Positions 1-12,559 of a stretch of 64,000 nucleotides of DNA are shown one piece after another; the first letter of the stretch is position 1, and each line of letters opens with the position of its first letter. The stretch is taken from assembly GCA_001949185.1 (NCBI GenBank), contig BDGG01000007.1, positions 248,001 through 312,000 of the forward strand, read 5' to 3'. Below the pieces are notes generated by a model. That model saw only the letters and a list, made by a program, of their open reading frames with translations. It was not told the origin of the DNA and did no database searches. The translations under genes and the position numbers were made by a program. The stretch comes from Ramazzottius varieornatus (lineage: Eukaryota > Animalia > Tardigrada).

Positions 1-835
<835 letters not shown>

Positions 836-1784
836 CTTTCCGAAATGAAGCTGTAGTATCAGTAACCTTAAGGAGTCAGCAGACTTTGCATGGAACCCTC
901 AGTATCAAGAAGTATGAATGGATGAGAAGAAAGAAATCCAACTATTCAAACACATGGGAAATCAACAAGTTACAAGTACGAGTAGAATTAATTTTTAAAA
1001 TACCCCTCCGCGCAAGAGGAGCTTAGGGTGCGGGATGTCTTAGCTAGACAGCCTACGCACATCTGCGTGGGCCGGCTGATGGTATGCCGTGCGGGATTTC
1101 TCGGCTGGTTCATCCCTGTGGGAGAGATTAGTAGAAACCAACAAAGTCGGAAAAAGGCGCGCTTCCTCGTCCGGCTCAGCTTGCGCATGACGTTTACGGT
1201 CAGTTGGTCCAGTGACCGCAGTGCATTACTCAGTGGTCAGTGAAGTGCGCTCCGTTGAGCAAAACCTGCACAAGCTCGCCATTCACGCCATGTTCAGTTG
1301 CACTGGCATGCCGAGGCCTGGTTAGGTTTTGCAAACTTGCTCGTCAGTGCAGCTGTATTGATCTTCGTCTTCCAGAATCTGATTATTTGATACAGTCCTA
1401 CCTGTGAGATGTGAAAATTGCTTCTTCTGCAACCGAACAGCGTTTCTGCACGAGACTGCTGGCCATTCACTGGGCAGCACGATCAGCTGTTCGACGTCCG
1501 GTTATGACTTGACCTGATCGAGTAATCAAGCGCATGTCCGATCAGCTGGTCGGTCTCATGCGAACAGCATGGCGAGCAGCCCCGTGTATACACTTACCGT
1601 CCGGGACTGAAATCGGGCGTTTGAACTGTCACATCTCACAGGTATGACTGTACCTGGATAACTGGCTTTCTAACTTCCCAACTCAGAAATTCCCGTTCCT
1701 GGAGTAGTTTTCTCACCCCTCCACCGAAACTGTCTATCGCGAAAAGCTTAACCTTTGTTCTTCGCAGATTCCATGAGTAGTTGC

Positions 1785-3177
1785 GATGTCGGAGGGGAAA
1801 AGTGTAAGGGCGGAGGTTGCCGTGACAGAGGGGAAGATGGATGTCGCGATCGCCGAAGAAGACCGAGCTCCGAAACGTCGTCGCCCGGTCGCTCCTGCTT
1901 CGCCGTAGAAACGTGCTCAGAGCAAGCCTTATCGCACGGGGTTCTGCACCATAGACGTTTTTCACATTGAATTATCCGACGAGTAACTACTACCACGGCT
2001 TACTACAAAGATGGCGAACTGATGTTCACGAGGAGACTCGAGGTAAGTCGAACTTTGTCAAACATAACTAATGCGTAAATGACTAATATAAACACAAAAC
2101 TGCATTACCTCGGGGCTTTTAGCCGACGGAAGAGGTTAAGCACACTGACGACGACAAAGTCAGAAAGATTGGGAGCAACAAGTTTTGCGCGGACCAGAAA
2201 GAGTTCCAGAAGGAAGAAGAGCACAGGATGTTCCCTTTTCGCGACCACTACTTCGTCTTGACCGGTAGTACTGCCGACGATCCCGGCTTCATCCGTGAGA
2301 GTCTCGAAGAGCTGATTGTTGCCCTGGACGGCAATGTTGTGAGAGACTTTGAACGTCTAGTCAAGGTAATCACGTAGTACCAGCCAAAGATAGGGCTAGA
2401 GCAAATGATGTGAACCAGATCGCTGACTCGAGTGGCGCACGTTTGTATTGCTTGAACTGAACGTGTGTGCCACTTGGGAAAACGATCGTTTTCCCAACCA
2501 CCGCATTCTTTCTGGTATTCTTTCAGATCGAAGGAAAGCGCTTCTTGGTGGCACCCAGCTGCCTCTCTACGGATAAGTACTTCCAGTGTCTGGCAGCTGA
2601 ATTTCCATGCGTCTCCCGCAAATAAATCCTGGACGCGTATGAGACCCGCAAAAATGGAGGTTTTGCTTTAGCCTTCGAGAAGTATCGCTTGCCGGCGGGC
2701 AAAGACAACAACAAGCTGGTCGACTGGTATGGATTATTTTATTTCGAAATGTATGAGTTTTTATCTGATTATTTAGCATATTCGAGTTTCTCATCAGGAA
2801 AGCACGAGAGGGGCTGCTGGACAACGCCGGAATCGGTCTATTCGGATCAAGAGGATTCGTTTCATCCTGGACGACTGCCTTACGAGCAGCCAAAACTAAT
2901 CCTGGTAATCCGGTCAGCATCGAAGGAGCGATGTTCGAAGAACATCGTACGTCGTAAAGCTGCGACTCGTTTCCTACGTTAGTGACGAACCGATTTTAGT
3001 TTACCCTTCCAGACTGGCCGAAGTTGGAATGCATCATCTCGAACGGTTGGGTCGACAACGTCGTGGTTCGAAAGGCCCGCGCGAACGGAATTCCTCTCGT
3101 CAAGGAGGAATGGATCATCCAGACGCTGATCCACGGAGAGAAGCAAGCCTTCGAAAAACATATCGCCGTTCATTAGA
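1785..3177 (+). pseudogene. Decayed 53BP1-like paralog (oligomerisation motif + tandem BRCT, no Tudor exons)
   Basis: Exon-by-exon homology to 8815-12559 (KPYRTG.C, YYKDGELM, FLVAPSC..KYFQCLAA.FPCVS, FEKYRLPAGK, EWIIQTLIHGEKQAF). There is an in-frame TAG near 1906, a frameshift near 1970, and W->TAA near 2621. Confidence 0.8.
2395..2510. repeat. Palindromic element copy in intron 2366-2526 of the 53BP1-like pseudogene
   Basis: gagtggcgcacg..gtgtgccacttgggaaaacgatc. Confidence 0.85.
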
Positions 3178-3424
3178 ACAGTCAAAGTTTTTTCCACTCG
3201 TATGTTCTAGTTTTCCATTAGTTGATGGTCATTCCGGACAGATATACCGCAGTGGGTCAAATTTTGTTGAAATTTCACTTCGACCGGTTACCGTTTTACC
3301 GTACTCCTACACCGTAAACGATGTTCGAGTTCTTTCTGATTTTATTTCTTTGTTGTCTGTTGAAGACGTTAATCTAAGTAGCATAAAGAACAGGTTAAGC
3401 TTTTGGAAAGAACAAAACTGAAGT

Positions 3425-4584
3425 TTATATCGGACAAGTGCCCTCGACTGCTGGCGAATCCCAAAATGTTTGGAAAAGTAACGAGCAAAGCAAGAAGAAG
3501 CTCACTGTAGCGAAGGACTCACACTCCGAAGTCTTGCTTAGAACTGAAACAGAAGATAAGTGTTAACTGATCGCGATTACTACGAGTACAGTCCGATGTT
3601 AAAGACTGATCGTGATTTTTGAAGGTCGCTCTTACTCATGTAAACCTGACGGCTGGAAATGAGCTGCAGCATCCAGCAGCCCCAAAACATCGAGTCGAAG
3701 GGATGCGAAGAGGACCTCCATATCACCGCTGGTAGCTTCAATACCACGGCAAAAAGCGAGACCACCATCCCGTTGAGAAAGAAACCGAAGGACGGAGCTG
3801 GGTTGTCACCTGAAGAAAAAACCGTACTAAACGAAAGATGAACAAATTGATTCACATGCGCGTTCTTCCGGGACTTTCGATGTATCTTACCTCGCCTCGA
3901 TCTCAGTCGTTTGATCCCGACGAAGGATGTGCCAAGAAGGAATATCCCGTGCGCTAAGCACAGATTGATCTCGTAACTGCGAAAGGACAGCAGAGAAGGA
4001 CTTCTCCGGGACCTTTGAGATTCTTACCGAACGCCGAAATGAGAAGCCGTTTCTGAAATTCCCACTCCAGCAAGTCGACCGACAAAGCGCTCGACACCTC
4101 GGAGTCCTTTGCTCTCCAGCTTATCCAGTTGACGTAGGCATCAACCATCATGACTACCAGCAGGAATCTCCACAGTACCTGGAAAGACGCGAAAATCTGC
4201 ACTGTAAGTCTGCAACACGTGATGAACAAACAGAAACGGAAATGCGCGAACGAAACGGGGTATGCAAACCTTAGGGCCAGTGTTGTATAGAACATGTCGA
4301 TAGGCTGCACGCTTCTGTAGAAGGATGTCCAGGAATATCCCTAGATTGTCGTGCTCGATGTATTCGTCCACATGCTTTCCGCAGGAGCTCTGAAAACAAC
4401 AGCACTCTAATTACTTTATCAAGAAGGAATCTTGGCATTTTCATGAAGAGGCAAAACGCATCTTACACACACAAGTCTGCAGCTTGACGACGGAGGAAGT
4501 GTAGCGAACGAAAAGAGATTCCGTCGGCTCCTCACACCAAACGCAACGCAATGTCGATCTCAGTTTCTCCGGAGCACTGTCCAT
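3425..4584 (-). CDS. ARV1: ARV1 sterol/lipid homeostasis membrane protein (multi-exon)
   Basis: Spliced N-terminus RCVWCEEPTESLFVRYTSSVVKLQTC..CGKHVDEYIEHDNLGIFLDILLQKRAAYRHVLYN is the Arv1 homology domain (Cys zinc motif + YRH.L.N). Hydrophobic exons follow. Confidence 0.88.
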
Positions 4585-5528
4585 CCTTGCAAAGGTAACG
4601 CACGTGAAGAGACGCGATTCCTTTTCCGAGGAGAGTGAATCAGCAGTGAGCGACCGGAAGTGGGCAAATCATTTGGTCAAAATAATTTGGGTGTCGCCAC
4701 TGTCGCGCCCCCGCGCCCTCGATTTTTCAGCCCCCTGGCCGTCGCTACAGATCGAGTAAAGTCAAGCAGCTTGTTTCAGTTTTTTAGGAAAGCGAAAATG
4801 GGGCACACTTATGTGTATACATCAGTTCGAGTTTGGCCTGACGGTTCACGCGGCTTCATGCAAGCAAGGGTTTCCAGTCAAGACCGGAAATTGTAGGCTA
4901 GGAGTCATGAAGTGGTGATACGTAAAGCTACTGGTCTGCTGCGGTGCGTATCTTCATTCAATAAACCTTGTCTGATGAGTGCTTCTGAACGGAATCAAGA
5001 GTACCGAAATACTGCGATTGTCCTAGCGTTATCGGAGCTGTAAATATTCAACAAGGATTTGCTGTTTCTGAACCTCGGGTGGTATACTGCCGCACCGCCC
5101 TAGGTAATTCCAGTCACTAGGAACGTCGAACTGATGTCTTCTGTCAGTTTCGATATACCGACGTCACAGAATACTCTTCGTGGCGTTGCAGGATTGCACT
5201 GGCTGATAGTGCGTGGCCGAGATGGGAGGGAATGCTTCTCTATAGGGTACAAATGAGGTGGTTAACATTGAGCCCTTGAAACAGACAGCAGGAACGTCTA
5301 GAACTTGTGATTTCCGGGCTTGATGTCACGGAAATCATGTAATCCCACCCTATCGTTTGTTCCCAGCTTTTCCATTCTGCCGTTCCAACCCTGTCCTCCC
5401 ACGGTGGAAAATTCCATCTCTTGTTTATCAGAGCCATTTATGGTGGTCGTTTTTCCACCATTTCCGGCCCTAGCCAAACCGTTCCAACGGGCTAGCCGCC
5501 ACTGGGCAGACCGCTGACGCCCAGGGAG

Positions 5529-7916
5529 TACTTTAAACTACCGATGAAGTGGGACAGATTTGGGTCCCAGTGGTTGCAAAACTCCCGCTTGGCAAAGTTC
5601 AAATATAGTGGGATTAGCTGTAATTCGCGTTTATTTATCATTCCGTTCTCGGAAAGCCACGACAGCCAAAACCCGACTAACCTCGATTTCTATTCGAGCG
5701 TACCATACACATAATATACAAATTCAAATTTACTGGTCGTCCATCTCTTCATCAGACTCGCCAGAATTATCAGAACCATTTGCATCTTTAATCTCGCTAT
5801 CATCAGACCGAAGAAAAGAAGAGTTTTTGTAGAAACTTACATCGAAAATATTATCATTTTCGTCAACAGTATCACCCTCGCTGAGCGTAGGATATCAAGC
5901 ATTAACCTTCTGAATAGCTGGAGGAGTGTAATCTTCTTCAAGCTCTTCGTCTTTCCGACATATCTCGGAGGCGTAAAACGATTTACGCACAGTATCAACG
6001 GTGACTCTATCCCACGATCTTGATATCATATGCACAAACTCCATCTTCCCTGGGGGCGCAATTTATTCTTTCTTTGTGGAACTGATATCATTTCTGCACC
6101 AAGCCCGATATTCGGCCTTCAGAAGCAAACGGTACAGTCGTCTGCGGATTATAACAGAATGCCGGGGAAGCATTTAGAAGCTCAACAAACAACATGACCG
6201 GACTGTTTTTTCAATTGGCGCACGCTCTGGGCCAATACCACTGAAAACGTGCGCCAGTTGGTGAAAATTTATTTACTTTAGTGGCGCACGTTGTCAGTGT
6301 AAGTGGCTGGAAACGTGCGTCGCTCGGGACAACGATCTTGTCGAGTCTGTTTGCCGCGCTCCCTTTTGGAAAACTGGGAGCTTCCTCGAGCATTCTGAAA
6401 TAATCGGAGCACGACATATTTTGAAGGATTCTTTGAACAGCTTGTTGACGCTCACGTCGAGTGACTGCTACTGACCTGTCATCCCCGGTGGGATTATGAT
6501 CTGCTGCACTTGCCGTGCCAAAAGTAGTTCTGTACTTTCTTCCATGACGTGGACTGAGAAGTGATCTCGAAACAAGACCGAAGTTCCCCTATTCACGGGC
6601 GCCGGAAACAACCGGTTAACATAGTCCTCCTCAAACTTACTGCTCCACCAGGCCTTTTTAGCGCTTCCAACAATGACATTAGAAGGAGCTTTCAGTTGCG
6701 ACACGAAGTTAGCCGACAACTGTCCACTTTTCGGAGCTGTCTTGAAGACGATCTCGGCAGGGAATTTAGTTCTGTCAACTGCGATCGTTAGATTGATCAT
6801 CATTCCCTGCTTATCACCCTGCGGGTGCTCCACCGAAACCTACGACCACATCAAAATTTGTACGTTGTCTCCATAAGATTGCATGCAGCAATATAACCAC
6901 CCTGCCCACCAAAGTAATCAAAACACAGCGAACCCTGCACATACGGTAAAGCAAGCAATCGGTACCGTTTGAGTTCTTTAGGCGAGATAGTTTTGTTCCC
7001 TGGTGAAACCAAGCGAACCATGGTCTGGTCAGAGTTGAAGGTTCTGCTCTTGGGAGTTTTCTCCTTGTAGATATATTCCTGAATTTGCGGAAAGAAGAAC
7101 TGGTGGAATTCCTAAAAACACAGCCGAGAATATTTTCCAGTTTTGACCAAATTTTGGCACGTACGGCCAGCCATTACATATACTACATACCACCATGGTG
7201 GGTCGTAACAGGAATATGAACTGGAGATTGATTCGAAATCTTGCACTTACGAGATCCGCCGATGTAAACGTCAGCTTTCTTCCTATAACCGTAATGGCGC
7301 GATACACAAGCTTGAACGTCCTCCTGAATCGCAGAACGCACATGTCAGAAGCTTTAAAGTCTGTGACGCCATGGTCCCGAAGCACGATTTCGCGAGCTTT
7401 GTCCTGAAGATCGATATTCCGTAACTCGAGCTCGAGAGCCCTTTGCGCCAAAGTGAACTGGTAAGCTTCAACCTCCATCTTCGGATATCTAGCGGGACGT
7501 TTCTTCCTAATTTCTGGAGGTCCAGAAGGCATGTTGATCCACCGTCCCAACGTATATTTCGGGATATTCACTCGGATAGCGAATTCCCTGATGGTCACGC
7601 CGCTGATTGCCTTCTCAGCATGATAGTCATCCGCGATCCGGCGCTTCTCAGCGTCCGAGTAATGATTCTGACTCATCACAATGGCTATATCAAGATTTTC
7701 AGAGCAAAAAAGAAGAAGCGCAAGAGACAAAGGAAACCTCGTTATCTCAGCCGGATAGAAATCAAGTTCTCTTGCTAACAATCGGCAGAGAAACCACTGT
7801 AAATAAGCGATCAGCTGTTTCCGGCTGCTAATATTAGTCAAAAAAGACCGTGACCGGGGGCTGTTTTACGCTGAGCAGGACCCAAACCTGTCCCACTTCA
7901 TAGGAATTTTCAAGTA
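5529..7916 (-). mobile_element. Degenerate pogo/Tigger-like (Tc1/mariner superfamily) DNA transposon with intron-containing, inactivated transposase
   Basis: Imperfect 37-bp TIRs at 5531-5567 and 7878-7914 (32/37 identical), each flanked by TA. CENP-B-type HTH (YPKMEVEAYQF..LQDKAREI..FKAS..RFRR) and DDE_1-type motifs (VLFRDHFSVH, IIPPGMTGQ*QSLDVSVNKLFK, EYRAW, SWDRV) with in-frame stops. Confidence 0.88.
6175..6363. repeat. Double-core palindromic element nested in the transposase intron
   Basis: Two tggcgcacg..cgtgcg cores followed by the arm acgatcttgtcgagtctgtttgccgcgctccc. Confidence 0.88.
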
Positions 7917-7943
7917 TGGACTGTCGCAAGGGGATGCCGAAAG

Positions 7944-8604
7944 TAGTGATGTTCTAATATAGTAATATTATATTAAAGTAGATGATAGTAGCATCTACTA
8001 TATTTAGTAATATTTAGTAAACAGAATTTTGCACCGCATTCCAATATTTATATTTTAGTAGCTTGAAACCGGAAGTGCCATATTTTATTATTATTAAGTT
8101 GTCCATCATCCATAGTAAAATAAATTTAATACGGGTTAACGCTACCGCTGATTCGAAAAACTGGTTGATTCGCTGAGTTCGTGCGTTGGCTTCTCGATGT
8201 GCGACCACGCCTTATAAAGTGCGCCACACCATAATGATGCCTCTACAGCAGTACAGTAGGGCTACTGCAGAATAAATACCCTTGAACATCGTGCACCTGC
8301 ATACAGTCTGACACTTCAATCGGCCATGTTACAGTGTGCAGGTGCAGGGTGCAGGGTGCAGGCTGTACTACGGTATTTTTGCTGATCTGATGGTTGTGAT
8401 TCTGTATCTTTAGATCTTCCGTCGAGCTCTCCGATATTAAAATATATTTTAACAACAAACCCCCGAAAGTTCTACTATAGTAATATTTTATTAAATCAGG
8501 TAGACGTTTTACTATAGTGGTGGTCACTTATTAGAACTTTGATGGACGGCGGATATTTGTCTTTATTATATTAGATCTCATTAACCCATATTAGAACATC
8601 ACTA
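7944..8604. mobile_element. Non-autonomous hAT-type element, 661 bp
   Basis: Perfect 17-bp TIR TAGTGATGTTCTAATAT (7944-7960 and 8588-8604) and perfect 8-bp TSD GCCGAAAG (7936-7943 and 8605-8612). The interior is AT-rich and non-coding, with (GTGCAGG)n near 8335-8362. Confidence 0.93.
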
Positions 8605-8814
8605 GCCGAAAGTCAATGGTTAAGGAAGCGTGCGCGACTCATTTTTCCAGCTGATAACAAAATCGCGGACTCTTTCAGAGGATCGGAGTTCGAACTCCAT
8701 GCGGACTCGGGAGATTCTGTCCAGAAGCTTCGCTGTCCGAGAATTTTGATCTCCGTTTTTAGGTCTAGGCTTCCTGGAGTGACCTGACTGCGATGAGCGG
8801 CGGAAGGGCCCGGA

Positions 8815-11800
8815 ATGGATGACATGGACGTGCCGCAGAACGGCAGGCACGACGACACGATGGAAGCAGCCGAAGAAGAGACATCTCGTCACTCCGGGAC
8901 TGCTTCTGGTGACGGGAAGCCATATCGTACGGGGATGTGTGTCAGAGAGGTGGTCATCGTTGAGACCTTCCGACGAGAGACAAGGACGAAGGAATATTAC
9001 GAAGATGGTAAACTGATGTTTGCGTCGAAGCCAGCTGTAAGACGGTTTTCCCAATTGATTATTGATTGATCGTTGTTTGAGTTTTATTGAAATTTTTGTT
9101 TTCAGGTAAACGAAGAAAGCCAGGATGATAAGAAAACGTCGCACAATGTCAGTGCGATCAGCACTGCCAAATTCCAGACGGCTAAAGCCGAAACTGGAGG
9201 AGTAGGCACTCTCTCTGACGAGAAGAAGACCGGTTCAGCTGATGCGCAGAAGAATGGCCGAATAAACGGTCCCGAACAGTCGAAGTCGCCCATCGCGCCT
9301 TACGTGTTCGCCAAATATTCCGATAACGTGTATTATCTAGCTCAAGTTCTTCCGAAATCCGATTCTCATTCTGGGTAAGCAGGAACGTTTCTTCTGCCGC
9401 AGGAGTAACTCTGGGATTTTCATGTGACGAATTTTTGCATAAATCTTTTTCGTATGCAGGACGGTGACAGTCAAATTTTCCGACTCGAACGACGAGCTGA
9501 AAGTCAAGGAAGCTTCTGTTCTACAGCCAAAGGAATGGCTGCAACCGGGTCGTGCGGTATTGGTCAGAGACAAGAGAAGAGACGATGTCGAAATGGACTT
9601 CGAGGAAGCCGTTATTAAGCGAGTCATCCGGGAAGAAGGCAAGCCTCCGAGATACGCCGTGCGACTTGTCAGTGAAGGCGAAGATACCAAAGTTACTCGA
9701 GAGTAAGATCTATCCTACATTTTCCCATTGCTGTGAATAAGCCCTGAGAAGTACGTGATGAAACTGAACGAATGGGAAATAACTTCATTTGTGTTTACGA
9801 AATTCATCGGAGTAAATCTCCTCCAAGTTCTTCTCTTTCAGGGTGGCTATATCCGAAATTGGCATCGAAGAAAATGAAGTGTGGAAGCATCAGGATGGAA
9901 ATCAGGAGCCGAAAAGTGAAGTCACGAAGATGAAGAAAGAAGATGGGAGGAATACGGAAACTCCGCCAACTGATCGGGGTAAGTAATTTCAGCCTATTTC
10001 CCCAGCTGTCTTCCCTGGTGATAACTTCGATGAGGCTTTTCAGGAACCGCAAAGAAGACGAATGGTGCTCGCTGTGACAGAGGAAAGAGCACGACAACTT
10101 CTGCAGCTGCCCACAAGATGAAGAAATCCACAGACGCCAGAACTTCTCGAGATACGCGCAGTCCTTCCGCTCTTAGCTCAGCAGTCGAGGAAGACCGAAA
10201 GACATTCCGCATTGGCAAGATTCAGTACCACAAAGGTGATTTGGAAAGTCTGGTTGAAATCAAACCGGTGGTTGACGAACGATTGTGTTGCAGATGAGCA
10301 CGTCTTTTCCAAATGGGCCATGGACGATCGCTGGTATGCTGGCATCATCGAGGGAGTCGAACGATCGTAAGTGTTTCCGTTTCTGTCGCAATAAAGTTTG
10401 CAGTTTTGTGGCTGTTGAAATGAATCTGGTTCCTAGGCGTTTCCAAGTAAAGTGGTGCGAAACTGGAGCGATCGACAAGGTCGTGCCTGATCTGATCGTC
10501 CGAGCGAAAGACGTTCTCGTCAAAGGCGCTCCCATTCACACGTTTTCAGGTAAGCCTTGTCTGCTCCTTTTTTGTACGAAATATGAAGCTGCACATGGGT
10601 TGCCGTCGAAGCTGATGAGCTCTCATGCTCGATTTAACTCGTAAATTACCTTTTTCTCTACGGAGAAGACCTGTGTAAAGGGCCGTGCTGGGCACTACCC
10701 TGTTGATAGCTGACAGGGCCGTGCTGAACACCAACCTGTTCGACATTCTCGTAGAAAAACGACCAAATAATAACTTTTCATGCCTTAACATCTAGATCCG
10801 TTCCGGGTTTTTTTATCATCTTTCGTTTCTGCATTTCAGAAGGGAAGCAGTTCTACGATGATGGCCACGTCGAAAGCTACAGCGAGAATGGGCAGCATCT
10901 GTGCGTGGACAAACGAGGCGTTGTCAAACCGTGAGTAAAGCCTTGAGTCGAGGTTTTGCTGGTGCGGGTTGCTGCTATGTTTCTTTGTCCACAGGAAGCC
11001 CTTCGAAGTCATGATGATGGAGAACAACGATATCAAGTTGGCCAAGAAACTGGCCAAAGAACTTGGTGGAAGCTCCAAAGACCCAAAATCCACTAGTGCA
11101 GCGAAAGAACCTAAATCCGCTACCGCGACTAGCACTAGAGAACGTACCACAGAGAAGTCAGCTACCCGCCAGTCCCGAAGCGTCAGTAAGTTTCTAGTAT
11201 GGACAACAAGCGAGCTTAGCAGACAAAGTCCAAGATCGATTTTCCAAGTGACGCACGTTTTCCTATAACATCGAGTACGTGCGCCACTTGAGGATACAAT
11301 TTTGTTGGGTTGGTCTGCTGAACACAAAGTTGGTAAACGATAGGGTATCTGTGGCTTTTTCAGAGCGTCCTCGTTCGCCTACGCCAGAGAGTATTCCACC
11401 GTCCAGGTCTGCTCGCAAGTCAATGAAGCGGGACGCTGATGCAGAGACTGGACTGACTTCACCAGCAGAGGCAACTTCCGGTCGTCCGCCTCTCCGTAAC
11501 TGCAGTTTCATCGTGACCAATGGCTCGTCGGACCCTTCTTTCATCCGAGATGATCTTGTCGAGATGATCGACATGCTGGGTGGAGCTGTCCTTGCCGAAT
11601 TTGACAGTCTGGCCGAGGTAAGAATATTGTTCACCACTCCGAATTTAGGGTCAAGAACGCGACAATAATCTCGGTATCATTTTAGTGTGGAGGGAATAAG
11701 TTCTTGGTTGCACCCAACTGCTGCCGTACGGCCAAGTATCTGCAGTGCTTGGCAGCTAACTTCCCGTGCGTTTCCCACAAGTGGATTCTGGATACCAACG

Positions 11801-12559
11801 AAGCACAAGAAACGGGCAGTGATACCCCGTCTTTCGAGAAATATCGTCTTCCGGCTGGAAAAGCTGCTGGCGAGATCGAGAAGGACCAGCTTGTTAAATG
11901 GTAATCTCTACTTCTACAACATTCAAAACATCGACTATAGTGTCTTTTTTCCTGTTTTCCCGTTGGTGATAGAAATGGCAGGCCGGCAAACGAACTTGAC
12001 AAGATAATCTGTTCAAGTCGCGCACGCTCCCAGCCAATAACAGAGAAAACGTGCGCCACTTAGGGTGACGGCTCTGAATGGTGCACGCCTCTAGCCACTC
12101 ATAACTATGGCGTGCACCACTTAAGAAAAGGTCTTGCCCGTTTCGCTTGCCGGCCTCCCAATGGTATTTTTTTCTGTTTCTCCCAGGAAGCCGCGAAAGA
12201 TTCTGCTGGACAACTTCCGGGTTGGTCTGTTGGGCAAACCTTCCTTCGTTAAAGTCTGGAGCTCGACATTCAGAGCAGGCAAGGCAGCTGAACCAGTCAT
12301 TATCGAAGGAAACATGCTGGATGGAGAAGGTACGCGACAAATTACTGTTTTTGTGTTGTTTACAAATGCTTTTCTCATTGTTTCAGATTTGCCAAGCTTG
12401 GAGTGCATCATGTCGGAAACGGCCGAGTTTCCGGCTTTACTCAGGCGGGCAGCTGTCCAGAAAGACATTCCGATCGTGACGGTGGAGTGGATCATCCAGA
12501 CGCTGATCCATGGGGAGAAGCAAGCCTTCGACGAGTACCTGTATGAAGAACTTGAGTGA
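8815..12559 (+). CDS. TP53BP1-like: Compact 53BP1-like DNA damage mediator (oligomerisation motif, two tandem-Tudor modules, tandem BRCT)
   Basis: VREVVIVETFRRETRTKEYYEDGK resembles the 53BP1 oligomerisation domain. Tudor A: VFAKYSDNVYYLAQV..VKFSDS. Tudor B: VFSKWAMDDRWYAGII..VKWCETG. BRCT: LVAPNCCRTAKYLQCLAANFPCVSHKWI, YRLPAG, IPIVTVEWIIQTLIHG. The splice phases I checked are consistent. Confidence 0.85.
11208..11335. repeat. Palindromic element copy, 53BP1-like intron
   Basis: agatcgattttccaagtgacgcacg..cgtgcgccacttgagg. Confidence 0.88.
11976..12159. repeat. Double-core palindromic element, 53BP1-like intron 11901-12186
   Basis: Outer arms ggccggcaaacgaacttgacaaga / tcttgcccgtttcgcttgccggcctccc enclose two cores. 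Confidence 0.9.

Noticed and set aside
4798-4896. MGHTYVYTS..GSR faintly resembles the ribosomal protein S29 N-terminus
   Set aside because: The Cys motif is absent and the similarity is too short to support a call.
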